The notes under the pieces: model-generated
Told to the model about the DNA's origin: nothing
The model's input: the letters and a program-made list of their open reading frames with translations, nothing else
Databases searched by the model: none
Source of the DNA: Candidatus Latescibacterota bacterium
Lineage (GTDB): Bacteria; Latescibacterota; UBA2968; GCA-2709665
DNA length: 64,000 nucleotides
Assembly (NCBI GenBank): GCA_965219995.1
Contig: CBDCOX010000002.1
Location: forward strand, 4,320,001 to 4,384,000
Direction: 5' to 3'
Part shown: positions 1 through 8,242 of the stretch, in pieces
Numbering within the stretch: the first letter of the stretch is position 1
Layout: each line of letters starts with the position of its first letter
Made by a program: the position numbers and the translations under genes

Positions 1-1
1 C

Positions 2-2630
2 GGTGCCGCTGACCTCTCCCGAGGCGTACGACAGTCCCGCCGGCAGGCCCGTGACCGTGACCGTCGGCGTATCGCCGTCCGCGTCCGTCACCGTGATGGC
101 GAATGCCGTGATTGCCGCCCCCTGCGCGTACGTCTTGTCCCCAGGATCCGTGATCACGGGGGCGAAGTTGACGTCGGTGACCGTGATGGTGAACGTCTCC
201 GTCACGGCGTCGTTGGTCCCGTCATTGGCCGTGATGGTCACGGTGTGGTCCTTCACCGCGGCGTCCTGCGCCACGGTGCCGCTGACCTCTCCCGAGGCGT
301 ACGACAGCCCGGTCGGCAGGCCCGTGACCGTGACCGTCGGCGTGTCCCCGTCCGCGTCCGTCACGGTGATGTCGAACGCCGTGATGGCTGCGCCCTGGGC
401 AACCGTCTTGTCCCCCGGATCCGCAATTACCGGCGCGAAGGCGACGTCTGTCACGGTGATGGTGAACGTCTCCGTCACGTCCGCGTGCGCCCCGTCATTG
501 GCGGTGATGGTCACGGTGTGGTCCTTCACCGCGGCGTCCTGCGCCGCGGTGCCGCTGACCTCTCCCGAGGCGTACGAAAGCCCGGTCGGCAAGCCCGTGA
601 CCGTGACCGTCGGCGTATCGCCGTCCGCGTCCGTCACGGTGATGTCGAACGCCGTGATCGACGCCCCCTGCGCAACCGTTTTGTCCCCCGGATCCGCGAT
701 CACCGGCGCAAAACTCTCGTCGGACACGGTGATGGTGAATGTCTCCGTGACGTCGGCGTGGGTCCCGTCATTGGCCGTGATGGTCACCGTGTAGTCCTTC
801 AGTACTGCGTCCTGCGCCACGGTGCCGCTGACCTGCCCCGAGGCGTACGACAGTCCCGACGGCAGGCCCGTGACCGTGACCGTCGGCGTATCGCCGTCCG
901 CGTCCGTCACCGTGATGTCGAACGCCGTGATCGACTCTCCCTGGGCATACGTCCGGTCACCGGGATCCGTGATCACGGGCGCGAAGGCGACGTCTGTTAC
1001 GGTCACGGTGAACGTCTCCGTCACGGCGTCGTTCGTCCCGTCATCCGCGCTGATGGTCACGGTATGGGCCTTCACCGCCGCGTCCTGAGCCACCGTACCG
1101 CTGACCTGTCCCGAGGCGTACGACAGCCCGGACGGCAGGCCCGTGACGGTCACCGTCGGCGTTTCGCCGTCCGCGTCCGTCACCGTGATTCCGAATGCCG
1201 TGATCGACGCCCCCTGCGCAACCGTTTTGTCCCCCGGATCCGTGATCACCGGAGCGAAGTTTACGTCGGTCACCGTGATCGTGAACTTCTCGGTGACGTC
1301 CGCGTGGGTCGCGTCGTTGGCCGTGATGGTCACGGTGTGGTCCTTGACCGCGGCGTCCTGCGCCACGGTGCCGCTGACCTGTCCCGAGGCGTACGACAGG
1401 CCGGACGGCATGCCCGTGACGGTCACCGTCGGCGTATCGCCGTCCGCGTCCGTCACGTTGATGGCGAACGCCGTGATCGCTTCGCCCTGTTTGTACGACT
1501 TGCTCCCCGGATCCGTGATCACCGGCGGGAAGTTCACGTCGGTCACCGTGACGGTGAACGTCTCCGTCACGTCCGCGTGTGTGCCGTCATTGGCCGTGAT
1601 GGTCACGGTGTGGTCCTTGACTGCCGCGTCGTTCGCCACGGTGCCGCTGACCTGTCCCGAGGCGTACGACAGCCCGGACGGCAAACCCGTGACGGTGACC
1701 GTCGGCGTGCCTCCGTCCGCGTCCGTCACGGTGATGTCGAACGCCGTGATCGCCGCCCCTTGCGCAACCGTCTTGTCCCCCGGATCCGTGATCACCGGCG
1801 CGAAACTGACGTCGGTTACGGTGATGGTGAACGTCGCCGTCACGTCCGCGTGTGTGCCGTCATTGGCCGTGATGGTCACGGTGTGGTCCTTCGCTACGGC
1901 GTCCTTCGCCACCGTGCCGCTGACCTGTCCCGAGGCGTATGACAGTCCCGATGGCAGGCCCGTGACGGTGACCGTCGGCGTGCCTCCGTCCGCGTCCGTC
2001 ACGGTGATGTCGAACGCCGTGATCGCCGCCCCTTGCGCAACCGTCTTGTCCCCCGGATTCGTGATCACCGGCGGGAAGCTCTCGTCGGTCACGGTGATGG
2101 TGAACGTCGCCGTCACGTCCGCGTGTGTGCCGTCATTGGCCGTGATGGTCACGGTGTGGTCCTTCGCTACGGCGTCCTGCGCCACCGTGCCGCTGACCTG
2201 TCCCGAGGCGTATGACAGTCCCGATGGCAGGCCCGTGACCGTCACCGTGGGCGTATCGCCGTCCGGGTCCGTCACCGTGATGTCGAATGCCGTGATCGCC
2301 GCCCCTTGCGCAACCGTCTTGTCCCCCGGATCCGTGATCACCGGCGGGAAGCTCTCGTCGGTCACGGTGATGGTGAACGTCGCCGTCACGTCCGCGTTCA
2401 CCCCGTCGTTGGCGGTGATCGTCACCGTGTAGTCCTGAACGGTTGCATCGTCGGCTACCGTGCCGCTGACCCGCCCCGAAGCGTATGACAGCCCGGAGGG
2501 CAGGCCCGTGACCGTGACCGTGGGCGTATCGCCGTCCGCGTCCGTCACCGTGATGTCGAGCGCCGCAATCGCTTCGCCCTGGGCAAGCGTCGTGTCTCCC
2601 GGGTCCGTGATCACCGGCGGGGTGTTCACC
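2..2630 (-). repeat. Intragenic 273-bp (91-aa) tandem repeats, about 10 copies
   Basis: GTGCCGCTGACC motif recurs at about 2, 275, 548, 821, 1094, 1367, 1640, 1913, 2186 and 2459. Unit reads VITDPGD..AQGEAI..DITVTDADGDTPTVTVTGLPSGLSYASG.VSGTV...YTVTITANDG...VT..FTITVTD. Confidence 0.9.
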
Positions 2631-5600
2631 GTCAACTTGATGATGACGTCGATTGCGGCCGCGTGACCGTCGACCGTGTAGTTGACCTTACCCCGATAGA
2701 ACTTGGCGGTCACCTCGCCATTAAAGGTCTCCGTCTCCCGGTAGGTATCGTCCGTGTCGTAGTCCAGCGTTGCGCCCGTGGCCACCTTGATCTGTCCGGT
2801 GGACGACTCGATGACGAACAGTCCCGAGTCCTTCGCGTTGCCCGTGAGCGAGTAGGTCAGGGCCGCGCCGTTATATGGCGTCCCCGTTACCGGAGCTCCC
2901 ACCGCCGTGCCGGCGGGTGAATGCTCGACGATGCTGCGGCTCGTCTTCGCGGTGATGCCGATGGTCGCGGTGCGTGTGACCGATCCGCCATAGGCGTCGC
3001 GGGCCGTGTAGGTCACCTTGGACGAGCCCTGGTTGAGGAGGGTGACCCGCAGCTGCGCGCTTCCGGCGGCGCCGGTCAGGCTGACGCCCAGCAGCGCCGG
3101 ATGCTGCGCGGCCGCCGAGTAGGTGAGCGCGTCGCCGTCCGCGTCGGAGAAGAACGCGCCCTGGCCGGTCTCCTTATAGTCGGCGATGGTGCCGACCGGA
3201 AACGTGCCGCCGTTGAAGGATACGCTGCTCGCGGCCGGCGCCCTGTTGGCCCGGCCCGTGCCGGTGTCCGACCAGGCACCGTCGCCTTCCTGGCTGGTGA
3301 CGGCGCGCACCTGCGCCTCGTACGTCGCGCCGGCCTCCACGCCCGGCAGATTGAACGTGGTGGCCGTGGCCCCCAGCGTGCCGCTGTAGGCCGTCCAGTC
3401 CGCGGGGTCCTCACCCGCCGCGGCCTTCTTGCGGTACTGCGCCTTGTACCCGGTGATGGTCATGCCGCCTGCGGCCGGCGCCGTCCACGTCACGTCCATG
3501 GCGGGATCGGTCGGATCGCTGAACTGCGCCCGCGTCACCGTCGGGGCGGCGGGCTTCGGCGTCCCCACGTCCGTCACCAGGATGTTGACGTCGATCACGG
3601 CCGCATTCCCGTCGACCGTGTAGTTCACTTTGCCCCGGTAGAACTTGGCGATCACCTGACCATTCGAGGTCTCCGTCTCCCGGTGGGCATCGTCGGTCTC
3701 GTAGTCCAGCGTCGCGCCCGTAGCCACCTTGATCTGTCCCGTGGACGACTCGATGACGAACAGTCCGGAGTCCTTCGCCTTGCTCGTGAGCGAGTAGGTT
3801 AGTGCCGCGCCGTTGTACGGCGTCCCCGTTACCGGAGCGCCCACCGCCGTACCCCCCGCGGAGTTCTCGGCGATGGTGCGGCTCGTCTTCGCGGTGATGC
3901 CGATGGTTGCGGTGCGGGTGACCGACCCGCCGTATGCGTCGCGGGCCGTGAAGGTCACCTTGGACGAACCCTGGTTGAGGAGGGTGACCCGCAGCTGTGC
4001 GCTCCCTGCCGACCCGGTCAGGCTGACGCCCAGCAGCGCCGGGTGCTGCGCGGCCGCCGAGTAGGTGAGCGCGTCGCCGTCCGCGTCGGAGAAGAACGCG
4101 CCCTGGCCGGTCTCCTTATAGTCGGCGATGGTGCCGACGGGGAACGTGCCGCCGTTGAAGGGCGCGCCCGTCGCACCCGGCGCCCGGTTGGCCCGGCCCG
4201 TGCCGGTGTCCGACCAGGCACCGTCGCCTTCCTGGCTGGTGACGGCGTGCACCTGCGCCTCGTACGTCGCGCCCGCCTCCACGCCCGCCAGATTGAACGT
4301 GGTGGCCGTGGCCCCCAGCGTGCCGCTGTAGGCCGTCCACGACGCGGGGTCCTCACCCGCCGCGGCCTTCTTGCGGTACTGCGCCTTGTACCCGGTGATG
4401 GTCATGCCGCCGGCGGCCGGTGCCGTCCACGTCACGTCCATGGCGGGATCGGTCGGATCGCTGAACTGCGCCCGCGTCACCGTCGGGGCGGCGGGCCTCG
4501 GCGTCCCCACGTCCGTCACCAGGATGTTGACGTCGATCACGGCCGCATTCCCGTCGACCGTGTAGTTCACTTTGCCCCGGTAGAACTTGGCGATCACCTG
4601 GCCGTTCCAGGTCTCCGTCTCCCGGTGGGCATCGTCGGTCTCGTAGTCCAGCGTTGCGCCGGTGGCCACTTTGATCTGTCCGGTGGCCGACTCGATGACG
4701 AACAGATCCGAGTCCTTCGCCTTGCCCGTGAGCGAGTAGGTCAGGGCCGCGCCGTTATAGGGCGTTCCGGTGACCGGGGCACCCACCGCCGTGCCGGCCG
4801 CCGAGTGCTCGGCGATGCTGCGGCTCGTCTTCGCGGTGATGCCGATGGTCGTCGTGCGGGTGACCGATCCGCCATAGGCGTCGCGGGCCGTGAAGGTCAC
4901 CTTGGACGAACCCTGGTTGAGGAGATTCGCTGTGAGCACAGCGCTCCCGGGGGCGCCGGAAAGGCTCACGCCCAGCAGGGCAGGTTTCTCGGCAGAGGCC
5001 GCATACGTGAGCGCGTCGCCGTCCGCGTCGGAGAAGAATGCCCCGCTTCCGAGCGGCGGCGCCTCGTGCCAGGCGAAGGCGCCGCCTACCCCTAACGTGC
5101 CGCCGCTGAAGGATATGCTGCTCGCTGCCGGCGCCCGGTTGGCCATCCCTTCCCCGGTGTTCGACCACGGCCCGTCGCCCTCCTGGCTGGTGACGGCGTG
5201 CACCTGCGCCTCGTACGTCGCGCCCGCCTCCACGCCCGCCAGGTTGAACGTGGTGGCCGCGGCTCCCAGCGTGCCGCTGTAGGCGGTCCACGCCGCGGGG
5301 TCCTCACCCGCGGCGGCCTTCTTGCGGTACTGCGCCTTGTACCCGGTGATGGTGAGGCCGCCGGCGGCCGGCGCCGTCCACGTCACGTCCAGGGCGGGAC
5401 TGGTCGGCTCGCTGAACTCCGTCCTCGTCACCATCGGGGCGTCGGGCTTGCCCGGCCCGATGTTCGTCACCTTGATGATGACGTCTATTGCGGCCGCGTG
5501 ACCGTCTACCGTGTAGTTGACTTTCCCGCGGTAGAACTTGGCGATCACCTCGCCATTAAAGGTCTCCGTCTCCCTGTGGCTGTCGTCGGTCTCGTAGTCC

Positions 5601-7525
5601 AGCGTTGCGCCGGTGGCCACTTTGATCTGTCCGGTGGCCGACTCGATGACGAACAGATCCGAGTCCTTCGCCTTGCCCGTGAGCGAGTAGGTCAGGGCCA
5701 CGCCGTTATAGGGGGTTCCGGTCACCGGATCGCCCACCGCCGTGCCGGCCGCCGAGTGTTCGGCGATGCTGCGGTTCGTCTTCGCGGTGATGCCGATTGT
5801 CGTCGTGCGGGTGACAGACCCGCCATAGGCGTCGCGGGCGGTGTATGTCACCTTCGAGGTGCCCTGATTGAGGAGATTCGCTGTGAGCACAGCGTTTCCG
5901 GCCGCGCCGGAAAGGCTCACGCCCAGCAGGGCAGGTTTCTCGGCAGAGGCCGCATACGTGAGCGCGTCGCCGTCCGCGTCGGAGAAGAATGCCCCGCTTC
6001 CGAGCGGCGGCGTCTCGTGCCAGGCGAAGGCGCCGCCTACCCCTAACGTGCCGCCGCTGAAGGATACGCTGCTCGCACCCGGCGCCCGGTTGGCCGTGCC
6101 CTCTCCGGTGTCCGACCAGGCACCGTCGCCCTCCTGGCTGGTGACGGCGCGCACCTGCGCCTCGTACGTCGCGCCCGCCTCCACGCCCGCCAGATTGAAC
6201 GTGGTGGCCGTGGCTCCCAGCGTGCCGCTGTAGGCGGTCCACGCCGCGGGGTCCGCACCCGCCGCGGCCTTCTTGCGGTACTGCGCCTTGTATCCGGTGA
6301 TGGTGAGGCCGCCTGCGACCGGTGCCGTCCACGTCACGTCCAGCGCGGGACTGGTCGGCTCGCCGAACTGCGTGCGGGTGACCGTTGGGGCGGCGGGCTT
6401 CGGCGCTCCCACGTCCGTCACCTTGATGATGACGTCTATTGCGGCCGCGTGACCGTCGACCGTGTATCCAACTTTTCCGCGGTAGAACTTGGCGATCACC
6501 TGGCCGTTCCAGGTTTCCGTTTCCCTGTGGCTGTCGTCGGTCTCGTAGTCCAGCGTTGCACCCGTGGCCACCTTGATCTGTCCGGTGGCCGATTCGATGA
6601 CGAACAGTCCCGAGTCCTTTGCCTTGCCCGTGAACGAGTAGGTCAGGGCCACGCCGTTATAGGGCGTCCCGGTGACGGGTGCGCCAACGGCGGTGCCGGC
6701 CGCCGAGTGTTCGGCGATGCTGCGGCTTGCTTTCGCGGTGATGCCGATGGTCGCGGTGCGGGTGACCGAACCGCCGTAAGCGTCGCGGGCCGTATAGGTC
6801 ACCTTGGACGAGCCCTGGTTGAGGAGGGTGACCCGCAGCTGCGCGCTTCCTGCCGCGCCGGTCAGGCTGACGCCCAGCAGCGCCGGATGCTGCGCGGCGG
6901 CCGAGTACGTGAGCGCGTCGCCGTCCGCGTCCTGGAACATCACACCCAGCGCGCCCTGGCCGGTCTCCTTATAGTCGGCGATGGTGCCGACGGGGAACGT
7001 GCCGCCGTTGAAGGATACGCTGGTCGTTGCCGGCGCCCGGTTGGCCCGGCCCGTGCCGGTGTCCGACCACGGCCCGTCGCCCTCCTGGCTGGTGACGGCG
7101 CGCACCTGCGCCTCGTACGTCGCGCCCGCCTCCACGCCCGGCAGATTGAACGTGGTGGCCGTGGCCCCCAGCGTGCCGCTGTAGGCCGTCCAGTCCGCGG
7201 GGTCCTCACCCGCCGCGGCCTTCTTGCGGTACTGCGCCTTGTACCCGGTGATGGTCATGCCGCCGGCGGCCGGCGCCGTCCACGTCACGTCCAGCGCGGG
7301 ATTTGTCGGCACGCTAAACTGTGTCCGCGTCACCGTCGGCGCGGCGGGCTTCGGCGTCTGGCCCGCGGCGTCCGTTGGAGACACGAGGAGAGCGGCGGCT
7401 GCGAACCAAATGGCCATCGCCGTACCGGCGGACCCGCCGGCAAGAGCCTTGAAGGCCGGAAGGGGCTTGCAGCGCGGTAACAGACCCGGACGTCGTGCGT
7501 CTCCTGCTGATAATCCATTTTGCAT
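2..7525 (-). CDS. Giant repeat surface protein/adhesin (>=2508 aa, 3' end beyond left edge): signal peptide, 5x (FN3 + Ig-like + cadherin-like) modules, >=10x 91-aa putative Ig (He_PIG-like) repeats
   Basis: Missing from ORF track because there is no stop in the window. ATG at 7525 with GAGGAG RBS (7533-7538). Manual translation gives MQNGLSAGDARRPGLL...AAG/QTPKPAAPTVTRTQF...LDVTWTAPAAGGMTITGYKAQYRK...ATYEAQVRA (FN3) and ...TGQIKVATGATLDYET (cadherin-like). The plus-strand VTVTV shadow ORFs stay in one frame throughout. Confidence 0.9.
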   Translation of the reverse strand, partial: MQNGLSAGDARRPGLLPRCKPLPAFKALAGGSAGTAMAIWFAAAALLVSPTDAAGQTPKPAAPTVTRTQFSVPTNPALDVTWTAPAAGGMTITGYKAQYRKKAAAGEDPADWTAYSGTLGATATTFNLPGVEAGATYEAQVRAVTSQEGDGPWSDTGTGRANRAPATTSVSFNGGTFPVGTIADYKETGQGALGVMFQDADGDALTYSAAAQHPALLGVSLTGAAGSAQLRVTLLNQGSSKVTYTARDAYGGSVTRTATIGITAKASRSIAEHSAAGTAVGAPVTGTPYNGVALTYSFTGKAKDSGLFVIESATGQIKVATGATLDYETDDSHRETETWNGQVIAKFYRGKVGYTVDGHAAAIDVIIKVTDVGAPKPAAPTVTRTQFGEPTSPALDVTWTAPVAGGLTITGYKAQYRKKAAAGADPAAWTAYSGTLGATATTFNLAGVEAGATYEAQVRAVTSQEGDGAWSDTGEGTANRAPGASSVSFSGGTLGVGGAFAWHETPPLGSGAFFSDADGDALTYAASAEKPALLGVSLSGAAGNAVLTANLLNQGTSKVTYTARDAYGGSVTRTTTIGITAKTNRSIAEHSAAGTAVGDPVTGTPYNGVALTYSLTGKAKDSDLFVIESATGQIKVATGATLDYETDDSHRETETFNGEVIAKFYRGKVNYTVDGHAAAIDVIIKVTNIGPGKPDAPMVTRTEFSEPTSPALDVTWTAPAAGGLTITGYKAQYRKKAAAGEDPAAWTAYSGTLGAAATTFNLAGVEAGATYEAQVHAVTSQEGDGPWSNTGEGMANRAPAASSISFSGGTLGVGGAFAWHEAPPLGSGAFFSDADGDALTYAASAEKPALLGVSLSGAPGSAVLTANLLNQGSSKVTFTARDAYGGSVTRTTTIGITAKTSRSIAEHSAAGTAVGAPVTGTPYNGAALTYSLTGKAKDSDLFVIESATGQIKVATGATLDYETDDAHRETETWNGQVIAKFYRGKVNYTVDGNAAVIDVNILVTDVGTPRPAAPTVTRAQFSDPTDPAMDVTWTAPAAGGMTITGYKAQYRKKAAAGEDPASWTAYSGTLGATATTFNLAGVEAGATYEAQVHAVTSQEGDGAWSDTGTGRANRAPGATGAPFNGGTFPVGTIADYKETGQGAFFSDADGDALTYSAAAQHPALLGVSLTGSAGSAQLRVTLLNQGSSKVTFTARDAYGGSVTRTATIGITAKTSRTIAENSAGGTAVGAPVTGTPYNGAALTYSLTSKAKDSGLFVIESSTGQIKVATGATLDYETDDAHRETETSNGQVIAKFYRGKVNYTVDGNAAVIDVNILVTDVGTPKPAAPTVTRAQFSDPTDPAMDVTWTAPAAGGMTITGYKAQYRKKAAAGEDPADWTAYSGTLGATATTFNLPGVEAGATYEAQVRAVTSQEGDGAWSDTGTGRANRAPAASSVSFNGGTFPVGTIADYKETGQGAFFSDADGDALTYSAAAQHPALLGVSLTGAAGSAQLRVTLLNQGSSKVTYTARDAYGGSVTRTATIGITAKTSRSIVEHSPAGTAVGAPVTGTPYNGAALTYSLTGNAKDSGLFVIESSTGQIKVATGATLDYDTDDTYRETETFNGEVTAKFYRGKVNYTVDGHAAAIDVIIKLTVNTPPVITDPGDTTLAQGEAIAALDITVTDADGDTPTVTVTGLPSGLSYASGRVSGTVADDATVQDYTVTITANDGVNADVTATFTITVTDESFPPVITDPGDKTVAQGAAITAFDITVTDPDGDTPTVTVTGLPSGLSYASGQVSGTVAQDAVAKDHTVTITANDGTHADVTATFTITVTDESFPPVITNPGDKTVAQGAAITAFDITVTDADGGTPTVTVTGLPSGLSYASGQVSGTVAKDAVAKDHTVTITANDGTHADVTATFTITVTDVSFAPVITDPGDKTVAQGAAITAFDITVTDADGGTPTVTVTGLPSGLSYASGQVSGTVANDAAVKDHTVTITANDGTHADVTETFTVTVTDVNFPPVITDPGSKSYKQGEAITAFAINVTDADGDTPTVTVTGMPSGLSYASGQVSGTVAQDAAVKDHTVTITANDATHADVTEKFTITVTDVNFAPVITDPGDKTVAQGASITAFGITVTDADGETPTVTVTGLPSGLSYASGQVSGTVAQDAAVKAHTVTISADDGTNDAVTETFTVTVTDVAFAPVITDPGDRTYAQGESITAFDITVTDADGDTPTVTVTGLPSGLSYASGQVSGTVAQDAVLKDYTVTITANDGTHADVTETFTITVSDESFAPVIADPGDKTVAQGASITAFDITVTDADGDTPTVTVTGLPTGLSYASGEVSGTAAQDAAVKDHTVTITANDGAHADVTETFTITVTDVAFAPVIADPGDKTVAQGAAITAFDITVTDADGDTPTVTVTGLPTGLSYASGEVSGTVAQDAAVKDHTVTITANDGTNDAVTETFTITVTDVNFAPVITDPGDKTYAQGAAITAFAITVTDADGDTPTVTVTGLPAGLSYASGEVSGT
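2640..7360 (-). repeat. Five intragenic ~945-bp modules (FN3-Ig-cadherin)
   Basis: GTCCACGTCACGTCC recurs at about 3483, 4425, 5376, 6327 and 7278 (period 942-951 bp). Confidence 0.9.
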
Positions 7526-7599
7526 CGGCTGACTCCTCGCTTCAATTCGAATGATTGCAATTCCGGCCGGCGCGAAAAGTTGCCGGCTGTGATAAAGGA

Positions 7600-7615
7600 A
7601 GCAGAAGCCGTGCCA
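7600..7615 (-). promoter_or_regulatory. sigma54 (-24/-12) promoter of giant gene 1
   Basis: Minus strand TGGCACGGCTTCTGCT fits TGGCAC-N5-TTGCW with GG-N10-GC spacing; 75 nt upstream of the ATG. Confidence 0.85.
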
Positions 7616-7789
7616 AGGCCTTTGTTTATACTATAAGTCCATTTAATATAAATACTTATATACTATATACCAGTGAACTTACACGACACACACGCGTAAC
7701 GTTATGAATCGGCGGGACGCCGACCGAGAAGTCCAAAAGTAGAATCAAAGCGAATGATAACAATAGGTTATGCGAATTCCACACGCACT

Positions 7790-7825
7790 TGTCTCAAATT
7801 GATACGAAAGTATCAGATTGAGACA
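7790..7825. promoter_or_regulatory. Putative enhancer (UAS): two GTNTCA-N3-TGANAC dyads 19 bp apart
   Basis: TGTCTCAAATTGATAC-GAAA-GTATCAGATTGAGACA, about 175 bp upstream of the -24 box. Confidence 0.65.
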
Positions 7826-8063
7826 CACGTCGAACAGGAGATGCGTCGCATCCGGCCCGAAAGTCGAGGCTTCCTACGTCATCCTGCCCCGCCGGCGCTG
7901 GTGTGATCCGGAATGAAACCTCAGCACCCGACGCAACCGCGAATAACGCTACCCCGGCCGGGACGACAAGGGCTGGCAATAGAACAGGGGACGGGGGAAG
8001 AGTGGGCGACCGATGCGAACACCAGGATACGGTTCAATAGAATTGACAAGGTTCCGATCTCAA

Positions 8064-8168
8064 GAGGATATATCTTATTTAATATGTATACTCCATGGGA
8101 TTTCACCCGTCCGGTGACCGGCCTGGGGATCCATATTGTTTATAATATGTATTTGCGTCGGACGCGTT
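8064..8168. repeat. AT-rich conserved upstream element, copy 1
   Basis: GGATATATCTTATTTAATATG...TATGTATTTGCGTCGGACGCG matches 18699-18802. Confidence 0.7.
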
Positions 8169-8242
8169 CCGTCCGGAACAGATTGACTGATCTCTTCGAT
8201 GCGGGGTGCAAACCGGCGCGGCGGTCGCGCGGTTTCAGTCGC

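Noticed and set aside
3-7532. Long plus-strand ORFs rich in VTVTV/SPSAS or RHG motifs
   Set aside because: Antisense shadows of the giant minus-strand gene, which has the RBS, promoter, signal peptide and recognisable domains.
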